Below are positions 37,448 through 47,892 of a stretch of DNA of 64,000 nucleotides, piece by piece. The stretch spans positions 8,604 through 72,603 of the forward strand of contig DGFE01000100.1 in the NCBI GenBank assembly GCA_002391525.1. The letters run 5' to 3'. The notes beneath the pieces are model-generated. The model did no database searches. It was not told the origin of the DNA and saw nothing but the letters and a program-made list of their open reading frames with translations. The DNA comes from Competibacteraceae bacterium UBA3908 (GTDB taxonomy: Bacteria > Pseudomonadota > Gammaproteobacteria > Competibacterales > Competibacteraceae). The first letter of the stretch is position 1, and each line of letters opens with the position of its first letter. The position numbers and the translations under genes are program-made.

Positions 37448-37470
37448 AGGGGCGCGCGAGCGCCCCTTGT
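37448..37470 (+). terminator. possible terminator hairpin after sucD
   Basis: AGGGGCGC-GCGA-GCGCCCCT stem-loop followed by TGTGCTATCTTC, a weak T tract. Confidence 0.35.
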
Positions 37471-37541
37471 GCTATCTTCAGGGCTCCATTCCCCTCAGCA
37501 ATCCCGCGTCCGTCGAACCGCCCGAGGAGACCGCAACGACC

Positions 37542-39176
37542 ATGGCCGCTCCCGCCACCTCCTTTCGGGTCGTCATGGCCCAACTCGATTTCCTGGTCGG
37601 CGACATCAACGGCAACGTCGGCAAAATCGCCGCCGCTGCCGCCGAGGCCCGTGACCGGTTGCGGGCCGATCTGATCGTGTTCCCCGAACTGACCATCACC
37701 GGCTATCCGCCAGAGGATTTGCTGTTGCGTCCCGGTTTCATCCGTCAGGTGAAGCCGGCGTTGCAACGGCTGTGCGGAGAAATTCAAGGCATCGCCGTCG
37801 TGATCGGTTGTCCGCTGCCGACGCCGGACGGATTGCGCAACGCCGCCGTGGTGCTGGACGACGGCGCGATGCGGGCGACGTATTACAAGCAATGGTTGCC
37901 GAATTACAGCGTGTTCGACGAGAAACGCTATTTCGTGCCGGGCGAGGATCCGGCGGTGGTGGCGGTGGCGGGGGTGCGGGTGGGCGTGACCATCTGCGAG
38001 GATGTCTGGTTGCCGGGGCCGGCCGCGCAAGCGGCCGAGGCCGGAGCACAACTGCTGATCAATCTCAACGCCTCACCCTATCACGCCGGCAAGAGCGACC
38101 AGCGGCTAAGCGTTTTGCGCGAGCGGGTGCGGGAAAGCCAGATTCCCATCGTCTACGTCAACCTGCTGGGCGGGCAGGACGAGTTGGTGTTCGATGGCGG
38201 TTCGATGGTGGTTGGCGTTGACGGTACGCTGGTTCGGCGGGCGCCGTTTTTCGCCGCCGGCCTGTATCCGGTGGATTTCCAGGTTTCCGCGGCCGGTATG
38301 ACGCCGATTCCGGGCGAGGTCGCCGAGGAACCGGGGTTGGAGGAGGGCATCTATCAAGCCCTGGTGCTGGGCGTGCGGGATTACGTCGAAAAAAATGGCT
38401 TTCCCGGCGTGGTGCTGGGTTTGTCCGGCGGCATCGATTCGGCGCTGACCCTGGCCATCGCCGTGGACGCGCTGGGACCGGAACGAGTCGAGGCGGTGCT
38501 GATGCCCTCGCGCTATACCGCCGAGATGAGCAATACCGACGCCGAGCTGGAAGCCAGGGCGCTGGGGGTCGGGTATCACATCCTGCCGATTGAGCCGGCG
38601 TTTCAAGCCTTTCTACAGGTGTTGCAACCGGTGTTCGCCGGGCTGCCGCCGGATATCGCCGAGGAGAACATTCAGGCCCGTTGCCGGGGTGTATTGTTGA
38701 TGGCGATTTCCAACAAGACCGGCAAGCTGGTGCTGACCACCGGCAACAAGAGCGAGACGGCGGTCGGTTATTCGACCCTGTACGGCGACATGGCCGGCGG
38801 CTTCGCTCCGATCAAGGATGTGCTCAAGACGATGGTTTACCGGCTGGCGGCTTATCGCAACAGCCTGTCGCCGGTGATTCCGCGACGGGTGTTCGACCGG
38901 CCGCCGTCGGCGGAACTGCGCCCGGATCAGACCGATCAGGACAGCCTGCCGCCTTACGAGCTGCTGGATGCGATCCTGCACGGTTACGTGGAGGAGGATC
39001 GCTCGGTGGAAGAGCTGATCGCGGCGGGCTTCGACCGGGCGACGGTGGAGCGGGTGGCGCGGCTGGTGATCGTCAACGAGTACAAGCGCCGGCAGGCCGC
39101 GCCGGGCGTGCGCATCACCCCACGCGCCTTTGGCCGCGACCGGCGCTATCCGATCACCTCGGGATTCCGGCGCTAG
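37542..39176 (+). CDS. nadE: glutamine-dependent NAD+ synthetase
   Basis: N-terminal CN-hydrolase domain (LIVFPELTITGYPPEDL, ICEDVW) and C-terminal synthetase domain (GLSGGIDSAL, TGNKSETAVGYSTLYGD). Confidence 0.92.
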   Translation: MAAPATSFRVVMAQLDFLVGDINGNVGKIAAAAAEARDRLRADLIVFPELTITGYPPEDLLLRPGFIRQVKPALQRLCGEIQGIAVVIGCPLPTPDGLRNAAVVLDDGAMRATYYKQWLPNYSVFDEKRYFVPGEDPAVVAVAGVRVGVTICEDVWLPGPAAQAAEAGAQLLINLNASPYHAGKSDQRLSVLRERVRESQIPIVYVNLLGGQDELVFDGGSMVVGVDGTLVRRAPFFAAGLYPVDFQVSAAGMTPIPGEVAEEPGLEEGIYQALVLGVRDYVEKNGFPGVVLGLSGGIDSALTLAIAVDALGPERVEAVLMPSRYTAEMSNTDAELEARALGVGYHILPIEPAFQAFLQVLQPVFAGLPPDIAEENIQARCRGVLLMAISNKTGKLVLTTGNKSETAVGYSTLYGDMAGGFAPIKDVLKTMVYRLAAYRNSLSPVIPRRVFDRPPSAELRPDQTDQDSLPPYELLDAILHGYVEEDRSVEELIAAGFDRATVERVARLVIVNEYKRRQAAPGVRITPRAFGRDRRYPITSGFRR

Positions 39177-39182
39177 CGGGTC
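39021..39182 (+). repeat. 162-bp direct repeat, copy 1 (authentic 3' end of nadE)
   Basis: 160/162 identical by eye to 46168-46329. The differences are G/A at 39026 vs 46173 and G/A at 39050 vs 46197. Confidence 0.92.
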
Positions 39183-39188
39183 CCGGCG

Positions 39189-40130
39189 TCACGCGGGCGG
39201 CGGTCCGAACAGAAACGCGAATACCCGTTGTCCCAGTCGCCCGCGCTTCATGCTGGCCTTGAACGAATGGCTGGCGTGTGGCAGTGCCTCAAATTCGTAG
39301 GGCGTCGTCAGCCGATTGACCGCCGCCGCCGTCCGCATCGCCTCGATCCAGCGGTAGCCGCGCTCCAGCCGGGTCAAACCCTGTTGCGCGTCAACCCTGG
39401 AGGTCTGCTTCATCTCCGGACGCCCGGGGCCGCGCCGGACATCCTGCTCGCCGACGAACGCCGCCATCGGAACCTTCAGAAACGCTTTTGGCTTGAATCG
39501 TAACGCCAGCGCCTTGGAGCGCGTTTTCAGACCGCGCGGGAAACGGGCGGCCGGGTCGGGAAAGGTATACCAGCCGGCGGCGCCAACCGCGACCCCGGCC
39601 ACCTGTTCGGGATGAGCCATCGCGTAGCGGTGAACGAACTGGCCGCCGCCCGAATAACCGAACAAGTACACCTGGCTGACATCGGCTCCGGTCAAGTCGC
39701 CCACTTCGCCGAGAATGGCTTGCAAGGCCCGATCCGGCCGTTCGCCTTTGCCGGATCGTCCCAGGCGCTGATAATCCGGGAAGCGTTCCCTGGGAAACAA
39801 GGGGGCGACCAGCACCACTCCGTATTGTTTCGCCAGCCGTTTGAAACGACGGGCGTGTTCCCCGGCGTTGCGGGAAACTCCATGTACGGTGACGAACACT
39901 CGCGCGCCGACGCCGCCCTGGGGGGGGACATAGAGAAAATACCGCTGTTCCGGATCGCCCGCCAAATGGCGCGATACGATGCCGGTTGCCGGTTGGCGGA
40001 CGATTTTGGCCGTGGGATAAACCGCCGGCGCCAGCGGGCGGGTCAGTCCGGTTTCCGGATGAAAACCGCTTGATAAACCGATGCCAGTCAACATCGTGAT
40101 CCTTGCGATACGGGTTGTCGCCTTATTCAT
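39189..40130 (-). CDS. alpha/beta-hydrolase (PHB-depolymerase/esterase-like)
   Basis: Nucleophile elbow FGYSGGGQF and an HG motif (VTVHGVSRN). The start overlaps the end of the ABC gene by 8 nt. Confidence 0.7.
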   Translation of the reverse strand: MNKATTRIARITMLTGIGLSSGFHPETGLTRPLAPAVYPTAKIVRQPATGIVSRHLAGDPEQRYFLYVPPQGGVGARVFVTVHGVSRNAGEHARRFKRLAKQYGVVLVAPLFPRERFPDYQRLGRSGKGERPDRALQAILGEVGDLTGADVSQVYLFGYSGGGQFVHRYAMAHPEQVAGVAVGAAGWYTFPDPAARFPRGLKTRSKALALRFKPKAFLKVPMAAFVGEQDVRRGPGRPEMKQTSRVDAQQGLTRLERGYRWIEAMRTAAAVNRLTTPYEFEALPHASHSFKASMKRGRLGQRVFAFLFGPPPA

Positions 40131-41835
40131 TGGCTGCCTTGCGTGGAGTCGCGCCGAACAGGCGGCTGGTCGGGCCGTCGCCGTTGAGCAGCTTCAGCGG
40201 TGGCCCGATTTCCAGCAAACGGCCATCGGCCACGTGCCAGATTTCATCGGCCTGGAACAGGCGGTCGCGGCGATGGGTGATCATCAAGACCGTGCCGCGA
40301 TAGCGCGCCACCACCTGGTCGATGACGGCGCTGGCTCGGGCGTCGAGATGGGCTTCGACCTCGTCCAGCAGGAGTAGCGCGGGATCGCCGAGCAGGGCGC
40401 GCGCCAGCGCGATCCGCTGGCGTTGGCCGGGCGAAAGGTTTTTGCCGTCTTCCAGCAGCCGGGTTTGCGCGCCTTCCGGCAGTTCCGCCAGCAATTCGTT
40501 CACGCCGCACAGGGCGCACACCCGTTCGACTTCTTCCTCCGGCGCTTCCGGCCAGCGATAACGCAGGTTTCTGGCGATGGGGCCTTTCAGCAGGGGAAGC
40601 TCGGCGCTGACCATGCCGACCGTGCGCCGCACCGAGGCGAGGCTGTACTGAGTGAGATCCTGGCCGTCGAGCCGAACCACGCCCTGGTCGGGATCGAGCA
40701 AACGGGCGGCCAGGGCCAGCAGGGTGGATTTGCCGGCGCCGTTCGGCCCCACGATGGCGATCACGCCGCCGGCGGGCGCGGTGGCGTTCAGATCCTCGAA
40801 GACCCCGGCGACGCCGACCCGCCGCAATTCCAGTTGACCGTGGGCGACCGCCAAATCCGGGGCGTTGGGACGTTCGCCGACCGGATTGGGAAGCTCCAGG
40901 AACTGCTGGATTCGCTCGGACGCCACGCGGAAGCCGTGCCAGTATTCGTGGACCCGCCCCAAATCGCGCAAGGCGGGAAGCAGCAGGCCGACGATGGTCA
41001 TGGCGCCGACGACGGTGCCAGGCGTGGTTCTGCCGTGGGCGACTTCCACCACGCCCAGCAACACGACGGCGGCGACCGCCAGCGCGCTGGTGGCTTCGGT
41101 GATCGCCCGCAACCATCCGCCAATCCGCGCCCGGGCGACCATCGCGTCGCGCAGGCGCCGGCCCTGACGGGCGACATGGCGGCGTTCCCGTTGCGCCTGA
41201 TTGCACAGTTGTATGGTCGGCATGGCCGCGATTTTCTCGTTGACGTTCGCGGCGAGCAGGGATTGGCGGCGGCGCGTTTCCCGCACCGCGGCCCGCAAGG
41301 GTCTGGCGACGGCCAGGGCGGTCGCCCCCCCGCCGACCAGGATCAGGCTGATCGCGAGCGCCAGGGTTGGATTCAGGTAACCCAGGGCCGCCAGGGCAAC
41401 GCCGGTGGTTACGCCGGCGACGCTCAGGCGAGCTAAACCCAGGCTGACCCATTGCCGCAGCGCGCTCAGGTCGCCGATGAACCGCAACATCAGGCTGCCG
41501 CGCCGCCGCCGTTGCAGCACGCGAGGCGCGAGCGCGCCGAGCCGGTCGAAGATGGCCAGCCGCACCCGGTACACATACTCCTGACCCAGCAATTCGGCGT
41601 CGATGCGCTCCCGCGCCCGCAACCAGGCGCGCAGGGCAGCCACCGTGATCAGTCCCGCCCCGATCCACGCCAGCGCCGGCAGGGCGGCGGGCTGGGACGC
41701 GCTCAGCCAGTGATCGAAGGTATGGCGGACGAGCAGGGTGGTCGCTATCGCCGCCAGGGCTTGTGCCAGGCCATTGCCGACCAGACGCGCCCACAACAGG
41801 CGGCGCCGACCGCCGAGGATGCCGGGCAGGCTCAT
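40123..41835 (-). CDS. ABC exporter, fused permease/ATPase (MsbA/MdlB type)
   Basis: Six-TM N-terminal domain, Walker A GPNGAGKST, signature LSPGQRQR and Walker B LLLDEVEAHLD. ATG 41835 overlaps the upstream stop (ATGA). Confidence 0.88.
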   Translation of the reverse strand: MSLPGILGGRRRLLWARLVGNGLAQALAAIATTLLVRHTFDHWLSASQPAALPALAWIGAGLITVAALRAWLRARERIDAELLGQEYVYRVRLAIFDRLGALAPRVLQRRRRGSLMLRFIGDLSALRQWVSLGLARLSVAGVTTGVALAALGYLNPTLALAISLILVGGGATALAVARPLRAAVRETRRRQSLLAANVNEKIAAMPTIQLCNQAQRERRHVARQGRRLRDAMVARARIGGWLRAITEATSALAVAAVVLLGVVEVAHGRTTPGTVVGAMTIVGLLLPALRDLGRVHEYWHGFRVASERIQQFLELPNPVGERPNAPDLAVAHGQLELRRVGVAGVFEDLNATAPAGGVIAIVGPNGAGKSTLLALAARLLDPDQGVVRLDGQDLTQYSLASVRRTVGMVSAELPLLKGPIARNLRYRWPEAPEEEVERVCALCGVNELLAELPEGAQTRLLEDGKNLSPGQRQRIALARALLGDPALLLLDEVEAHLDARASAVIDQVVARYRGTVLMITHRRDRLFQADEIWHVADGRLLEIGPPLKLLNGDGPTSRLFGATPRKAANE

Positions 41836-42989
41836 CAGCCGAGACCCGCCACGGCGGCGGGGATGCCCTCCCGCGGTGGTTGCCAGGTGTTCGTGACGGT
41901 CTCGCCGGCCACCCGGTCCGGTCGCCATTCGCCTTGCAGCAATTGCTGTTGCGACAATACGGGCAGACCGGTGGCGGCAGCCTCGCGGCTGGCCAGCGGA
42001 GAAGCGGTCAGCAGGCCGCTGACCGCCAGCACCGGCAGATGACGCCGGCGCAGCCACTCCACTCCGGCCAGCGCGCCCAGGGCATCGCCGGCGGCGAAGA
42101 CGATTCCGTCCACCAGCGTGGCAAAGGTCGGCGAGGCGAGCAGGCGCGCGGTTTCCTCCTGGAACAGACCGTCGGCGATTTCCAGCACGATGAATTCCGC
42201 GCCTTCCACCGCGAGGTGACCGCAAAGCTGGGTCATGACGCTCTCGACCTGCGACGAGGATACGCGATAGGTGGACGCATAACCGGCGTCGGTGAAGTCC
42301 AGCACCGAATGCGCGCCGGCGTCCACCAGCGTCCAGCGGTCACCGCCGGCCCCGGTGCCGGTCACCTTGGCCGCGCCCACCTTGATGTTCGCCTTGACCA
42401 GGCCTTTGATCAGATTGGCCGCCGTCGTGGTCTTGCCGGCGTTCATCGCGGTACCGGCCACGGCGATGGTGTAGGGGCGGCTGGGGGTCGCGGCGGGTTT
42501 GGACAGCCCCCAGTCGGCCAGATTCAGCCGATGGCCGTCGGCATCCCCCACGAAGCCGAGGGGGATGATCGTGGTGGGCCGTTTCATGCCGGCGTGGCGG
42601 GACAGCATCCGCGCCGCGATGCCGCCGCCGGCGACCAGGTGGCATTCGTCCAAGTTATCGGGCACGGTGGCTTCAAACTGATCGGGTGCGTAGCGATTGC
42701 CGTAGCAAACGATGATTTCGTCGCCTTCGTAAAGCTGGGCGCGCCGACCGTGGGGCAGTTCGATGCGCTGGTGCTGGCCCAGGCGATCCACCCGGGCGAG
42801 AACCAGATCGCCCGCGCGTGGCTTGATGGGGCCGCGCAGCAACGTGGTCATTGCCTCCCGCGCGACCCGCCGGGCGCTGTAGGCGATTCTAACGTCGGCC
42901 AGCCGGCTGGGCGTCAGGGGTTCTTTCTCGATGGGGGTCCGGTTGATCCGGTTGAGCAGGGAAATCGGTTCGGTTCTCGGCATAGACAT
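41835..42989 (-). CDS. DUF1611-family P-loop protein
   Basis: P-loop IAVAGTAMNAGKTTTAANL, followed by KVTGTGAGGD, resembles the DUF1611 (DgcN-like) family. It is the first gene of a three-gene minus-strand operon. Confidence 0.6.
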   Translation of the reverse strand: MSMPRTEPISLLNRINRTPIEKEPLTPSRLADVRIAYSARRVAREAMTTLLRGPIKPRAGDLVLARVDRLGQHQRIELPHGRRAQLYEGDEIIVCYGNRYAPDQFEATVPDNLDECHLVAGGGIAARMLSRHAGMKRPTTIIPLGFVGDADGHRLNLADWGLSKPAATPSRPYTIAVAGTAMNAGKTTTAANLIKGLVKANIKVGAAKVTGTGAGGDRWTLVDAGAHSVLDFTDAGYASTYRVSSSQVESVMTQLCGHLAVEGAEFIVLEIADGLFQEETARLLASPTFATLVDGIVFAAGDALGALAGVEWLRRRHLPVLAVSGLLTASPLASREAAATGLPVLSQQQLLQGEWRPDRVAGETVTNTWQPPREGIPAAVAGLG

Positions 42990-43049
42990 GATTTGCTTGA
43001 CTCTCGCGATAAGGTGAAATGCGCCAGAAATTACGTAGAACGTGCTGAG

Positions 43050-43064
43050 GCAAGGCCGGTGCCA
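43050..43064 (-). promoter_or_regulatory. sigma54 promoter of the DUF1611-ABC-esterase operon
   Basis: The minus strand reads TGGCACCGGCCTTGC, an exact TGGCAC-N5-TTGC. It lies about 60 nt upstream of ATG 42989. An AT-rich stretch with an ATTGATTTA x2 direct repeat lies just upstream (43074-43100). Confidence 0.85.
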
Positions 43065-43259
43065 ACTTTGAAAATTGATTTATGATATTGATTTAAAGCG
43101 TTTTTTATTTTGAACAGGGGGTTGGTCGAGAGATTGTAAAGAAGTGGGTGGGGGATTTGACCCAGTACTTGGGGTATCTGCCCCAGACGTGGGAAGAGAA
43201 AATGGGGGAAGGCTGCGCGGAATGGGCTGTAAATCCGCGGCAAGCGAGGGAGAAAGTGG

Positions 43260-44669
<1,410 letters not shown>

Positions 44670-44714
44670 GATCTTTCCAACATGCCGCGGAAAAACCGCC
44701 AGGGGCAAGACAAG

Positions 44715-46085
44715 TCAACGGGTCATCGGCAACTGCAGCAGGGCGGTGGCGCCCCGTCCTTGTTGACTGCGCAATTCCAACTGTCCACCACAACGTTGCA
44801 CGATGCGTCGCGCCAGCGCCAGGCCGACGCCCAAGCCATTGCGTTTGTCGGTGATCAACGGCTTGAACACCTCGACCAGCTTCTCCGGCGGGATGCCGAC
44901 GCCGGTGTCGCTCAATTGCAAGGCGAACAGGGCTCCCCGTCGTTCGCCGCTGATCCGCAATCGGCCACCGTTGGGCATCGCTTCCAGGGCGTTGGCGATC
45001 AGGCTGTTGAGCGCTTGCGCGAGCAGATTGGGGTCGCCGCGCACCCATGGCGACGGTTCGGGCAAGGCGACATCCACGGTCACCGCTTGACTTTGCGCGC
45101 GCCGGGCGAAACTGTCCAGGCTGTTGCGCAGCACCTCGGTGACCGGCGTCATCTGCTGAGCGTCGCCGGGTTGGTAGGAGTAGATCAACAACTCCCGCAC
45201 CCATTTTTCCAAATGATCCACCCTGGCGATGATTTCCGCCATGTATTCGCCCACCGGCGCGCGGCCTTCTTCTTGCGCCAGTTCGGCGGACGAACGAATG
45301 ACGGCGAGAGGATTGCGCAGGCTGTGCGCCACCGCCGCGGTCAGTTCACCGATCACCGCCCATTTTTCCGCTTCCACCAAAGCTTGCTGTTGGCGCTGAA
45401 TGGTCAAACTGGCGCGCCGCACGATCCAAAACAGCGCGCCGTAGAGGAACAGTCCGCCGAGCAACGCACTGAGCCAGACCAAACGGTTGCCCTTGGCGAT
45501 GGTTTGCATCAGCACGCGCGGCAGTTTGTAGATTTCCACCACGCCGACGACGGCGCCACCGCGCGGATCGCGAATCGGGATGTAATTCTCCACGAATTCA
45601 TCGACTTCCGGCGCGAATAGAATGTGTTCGGTTTTGACGGGATGTTTGACCTGACCCGTTTCCAATGCCAATTCGCCGGCCAGGGCACGATCCAGTTCCG
45701 GATTGTCGTCCGTAAAGTGCTTGCCGATCAGGTGCTCTTCGTTGGACCAGAGAATGGTTCGCTGCCGCGAATAGACGTTGGCGCGCACCACGTCCGGCAT
45801 GTGCGCGATGCGGGTGAGAAAATCGGTCAGCGGCCCCTTGCGCTTGGCGTCATCCCGCTCGGCAAAGTAAATGCCGGTGTTTTGCGCTTGGGCGATGCTC
45901 TGGACGAATTGCATCGTGACCACGGCGTCTCTTTGCAGCAGGTTCTCCCGCAGAAACCGCGCCAACAGAGTGGCGGAGATTGCGCTGATCGCCACGATGG
46001 ATAACAGGCTGAGGATGGAAAACGAGCGTAACAGGTTATAAGGCTTGAGCGTCATCGGCTCCATCATAAGATCCTCCGAATCCAC
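44715..46085 (-). CDS. sensor histidine kinase (2 TM, periplasmic/extracytoplasmic sensor)
   Basis: H-box AAVAHSLRNPLAVI and ATPase region (DTGVGIP, GLGVGLALARRIV). It lies 45 nt upstream of the regulator gene. Confidence 0.88.
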   Translation of the reverse strand: MDSEDLMMEPMTLKPYNLLRSFSILSLLSIVAISAISATLLARFLRENLLQRDAVVTMQFVQSIAQAQNTGIYFAERDDAKRKGPLTDFLTRIAHMPDVVRANVYSRQRTILWSNEEHLIGKHFTDDNPELDRALAGELALETGQVKHPVKTEHILFAPEVDEFVENYIPIRDPRGGAVVGVVEIYKLPRVLMQTIAKGNRLVWLSALLGGLFLYGALFWIVRRASLTIQRQQQALVEAEKWAVIGELTAAVAHSLRNPLAVIRSSAELAQEEGRAPVGEYMAEIIARVDHLEKWVRELLIYSYQPGDAQQMTPVTEVLRNSLDSFARRAQSQAVTVDVALPEPSPWVRGDPNLLAQALNSLIANALEAMPNGGRLRISGERRGALFALQLSDTGVGIPPEKLVEVFKPLITDKRNGLGVGLALARRIVQRCGGQLELRSQQGRGATALLQLPMTR

Positions 46086-46167
46086 TGCGCACCTGCCAAA
46101 GATTAAGAAGGTTCCAGATTAAAAACATTTCAGCGCGGAAATTATTCCGTCCGGCAGCGAATGGATA

Positions 46168-46323
46168 GCGGCAGGCTTCGACCGGGCGACGGTGGAACGG
46201 GTGGCGCGGCTGGTGATCGTCAACGAGTACAAGCGCCGGCAGGCCGCGCCGGGCGTGCGCATCACCCCACGCGCCTTTGGCCGCGACCGGCGCTATCCGA
46301 TCACCTCGGGATTCCGGCGCTAG
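46168..46323 (+). pseudogene. orphan duplicated 3' fragment of nadE (last 51 codons + stop)
   Basis: It encodes [51 protein letters not shown], with no upstream nadE body. It lies within the second copy of the 162-bp repeat (46168-46329). Confidence 0.85.
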
Positions 46324-47120
46324 CGGGTCAGTTCCGGCGTCAGGTGCGGTTGCAGCTCCTGTAGCAATGCCTTGAAGATCTTGGGATTGCCGGCGACGAT
46401 GTTGCCGGATTTCATGAAATCGTTATCGCCGCCGAAATCGCTGATCAGCCCGCCGGCTTCCTGCACCAGCAGCACGCCGCCGGCGATATCCCACGCTTTC
46501 AGACCGATCTCCCAGAAGGCATCCAATCGTCCGGACGCCACGTAAGCCAGGTCCAGCGAGGCCGCGCCGGCGCGGCGGATTTCCACGCATTTGCCGAACA
46601 GGCTGCCGAAGAAGCTGAGATAGGCCGTCTGGTGCTGGGGATGGCGGAATGGAAAGCCGGTGCCGAGCAAGGCGTTTTCCAGCGCGTTGACGCCGCTGAC
46701 CCGGATACGTCGGTCGTTCAGTTGCGCGCTCTCGCCGCGGGAGGCGGTGAACATCTCCTGCCGGATCGGATCGTAAACCAGCGCCGCTTCGAGCCGGTTT
46801 TTGTGACGGAAGGCGATGGAGATAGCGAAATGGGGGATGCCGTGCAGGAAATTGGTGGTGCCGTCCAGCGGATCGATCACCCACTGATACTCGTCCTGGC
46901 CCGGTGCTTCGCCGCTTTCCTCCGCGAGGATGCCGTGATTGGGGTACGTCTTGCGCAGGGTTTGAATGATCTCCCGCTCGGCCTGTACGTCCGCTTCGCT
47001 GACGAAATCGTTGCGCTGTTTGGCGGTGACGTTCAGCCGTTCGAGGTGATCGAAATGGCGCAACAGGATGCGGCTGGCGCCGAGGGCGGCGCGCCTGGCG
47101 ATGGTCAAGACTGGATGCAT
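46320..47120 (-). CDS. suhB: inositol monophosphatase family protein SuhB
   Basis: [19 protein letters not shown], and the AWDIAGG-type motif ([15 protein letters not shown]). Confidence 0.92.
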   Translation of the reverse strand: MHPVLTIARRAALGASRILLRHFDHLERLNVTAKQRNDFVSEADVQAEREIIQTLRKTYPNHGILAEESGEAPGQDEYQWVIDPLDGTTNFLHGIPHFAISIAFRHKNRLEAALVYDPIRQEMFTASRGESAQLNDRRIRVSGVNALENALLGTGFPFRHPQHQTAYLSFFGSLFGKCVEIRRAGAASLDLAYVASGRLDAFWEIGLKAWDIAGGVLLVQEAGGLISDFGGDNDFMKSGNIVAGNPKIFKALLQELQPHLTPELTR

Positions 47121-47212
47121 GGCGGTTCGGTCGCTTGAAGAACAGAGGCCGGGATATCCGGCGCGGGCGCGCCATGATAACAGAACGGGATTCCTCCACC
47201 CGCCCGCGCCGA

Positions 47213-47791
47213 TCAGGCGCTTTGCAGCTCCACCTTGTCGTAAATCTCCGCCAGCGCCAGTTCACAGTCGATGGACTCCAGGCGCAGCGCGCCGTCCAGA
47301 CCGCTGCATTCGGTCAGCAACCAATGATGGTCCGTTTGCCGCCGGTAGGATTCGACATGGGGCTGGTGCTGGGCGATCAGCACGTACTCGGCCAGCGACT
47401 CCAGCTTGCGGTAATGCTCGAATTTGCGGCCCCGGTCGTAGGCTTCGGTGGAATCCGACAGCACCTCGACGATCAGGGTCGGATTCAGCAAGGTGTCGAG
47501 ATGCGCATCTTCCAACCGAGCCTTGCCGCAGACCACTACCACATCCGGGTAGGTGTACAGTCCGGTTGGATCGACCTTGACGCGCATGTCGTTGGCGTAG
47601 ACTTTACAGGGCCGCTTCTTGAGTTGTTGACGGATTTCCGAAAGGGTGTTGGCGACAATGGTATTGTGTGGTTCGCTCGCGCCGGTCATGGCGAAGATTT
47701 CGCCATCGAAATACTCGCTCTTGAAATCGGCGCTGCGTTCGAGGGCGAGATAGTCTTCGGGGGTCAGGCGGGGTTTGGGCTGCAAGGACAT
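47213..47791 (-). CDS. Uma2-family (DUF820) putative endonuclease
   Basis: TPEDYLALERSADFKSEYFDGEIFAM, PDVVVVCG, LIVEVLSDST and EYVLI. ATG 47791. Confidence 0.8.
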   Translation of the reverse strand: MSLQPKPRLTPEDYLALERSADFKSEYFDGEIFAMTGASEPHNTIVANTLSEIRQQLKKRPCKVYANDMRVKVDPTGLYTYPDVVVVCGKARLEDAHLDTLLNPTLIVEVLSDSTEAYDRGRKFEHYRKLESLAEYVLIAQHQPHVESYRRQTDHHWLLTECSGLDGALRLESIDCELALAEIYDKVELQSA

Positions 47792-47892
47792 GGCGGCACC
47801 TCGGCGGTTCGATTGATGGTGTGATTGTGCCATAAACCCGGGCTGGAGTTTCTCCGTCGCCGCCTGACTGGTGACGACGGAGAAGCGCTGTT

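Noticed and set aside
40123-42225. 700-aa version of the ABC transporter ORF
   Set aside because: The N-terminal 130 codons overlap the DUF1611 gene and are Arg/Gly-rich. ATG 41835 gives a standard 570-aa exporter and an ATGA overlap with the upstream stop.
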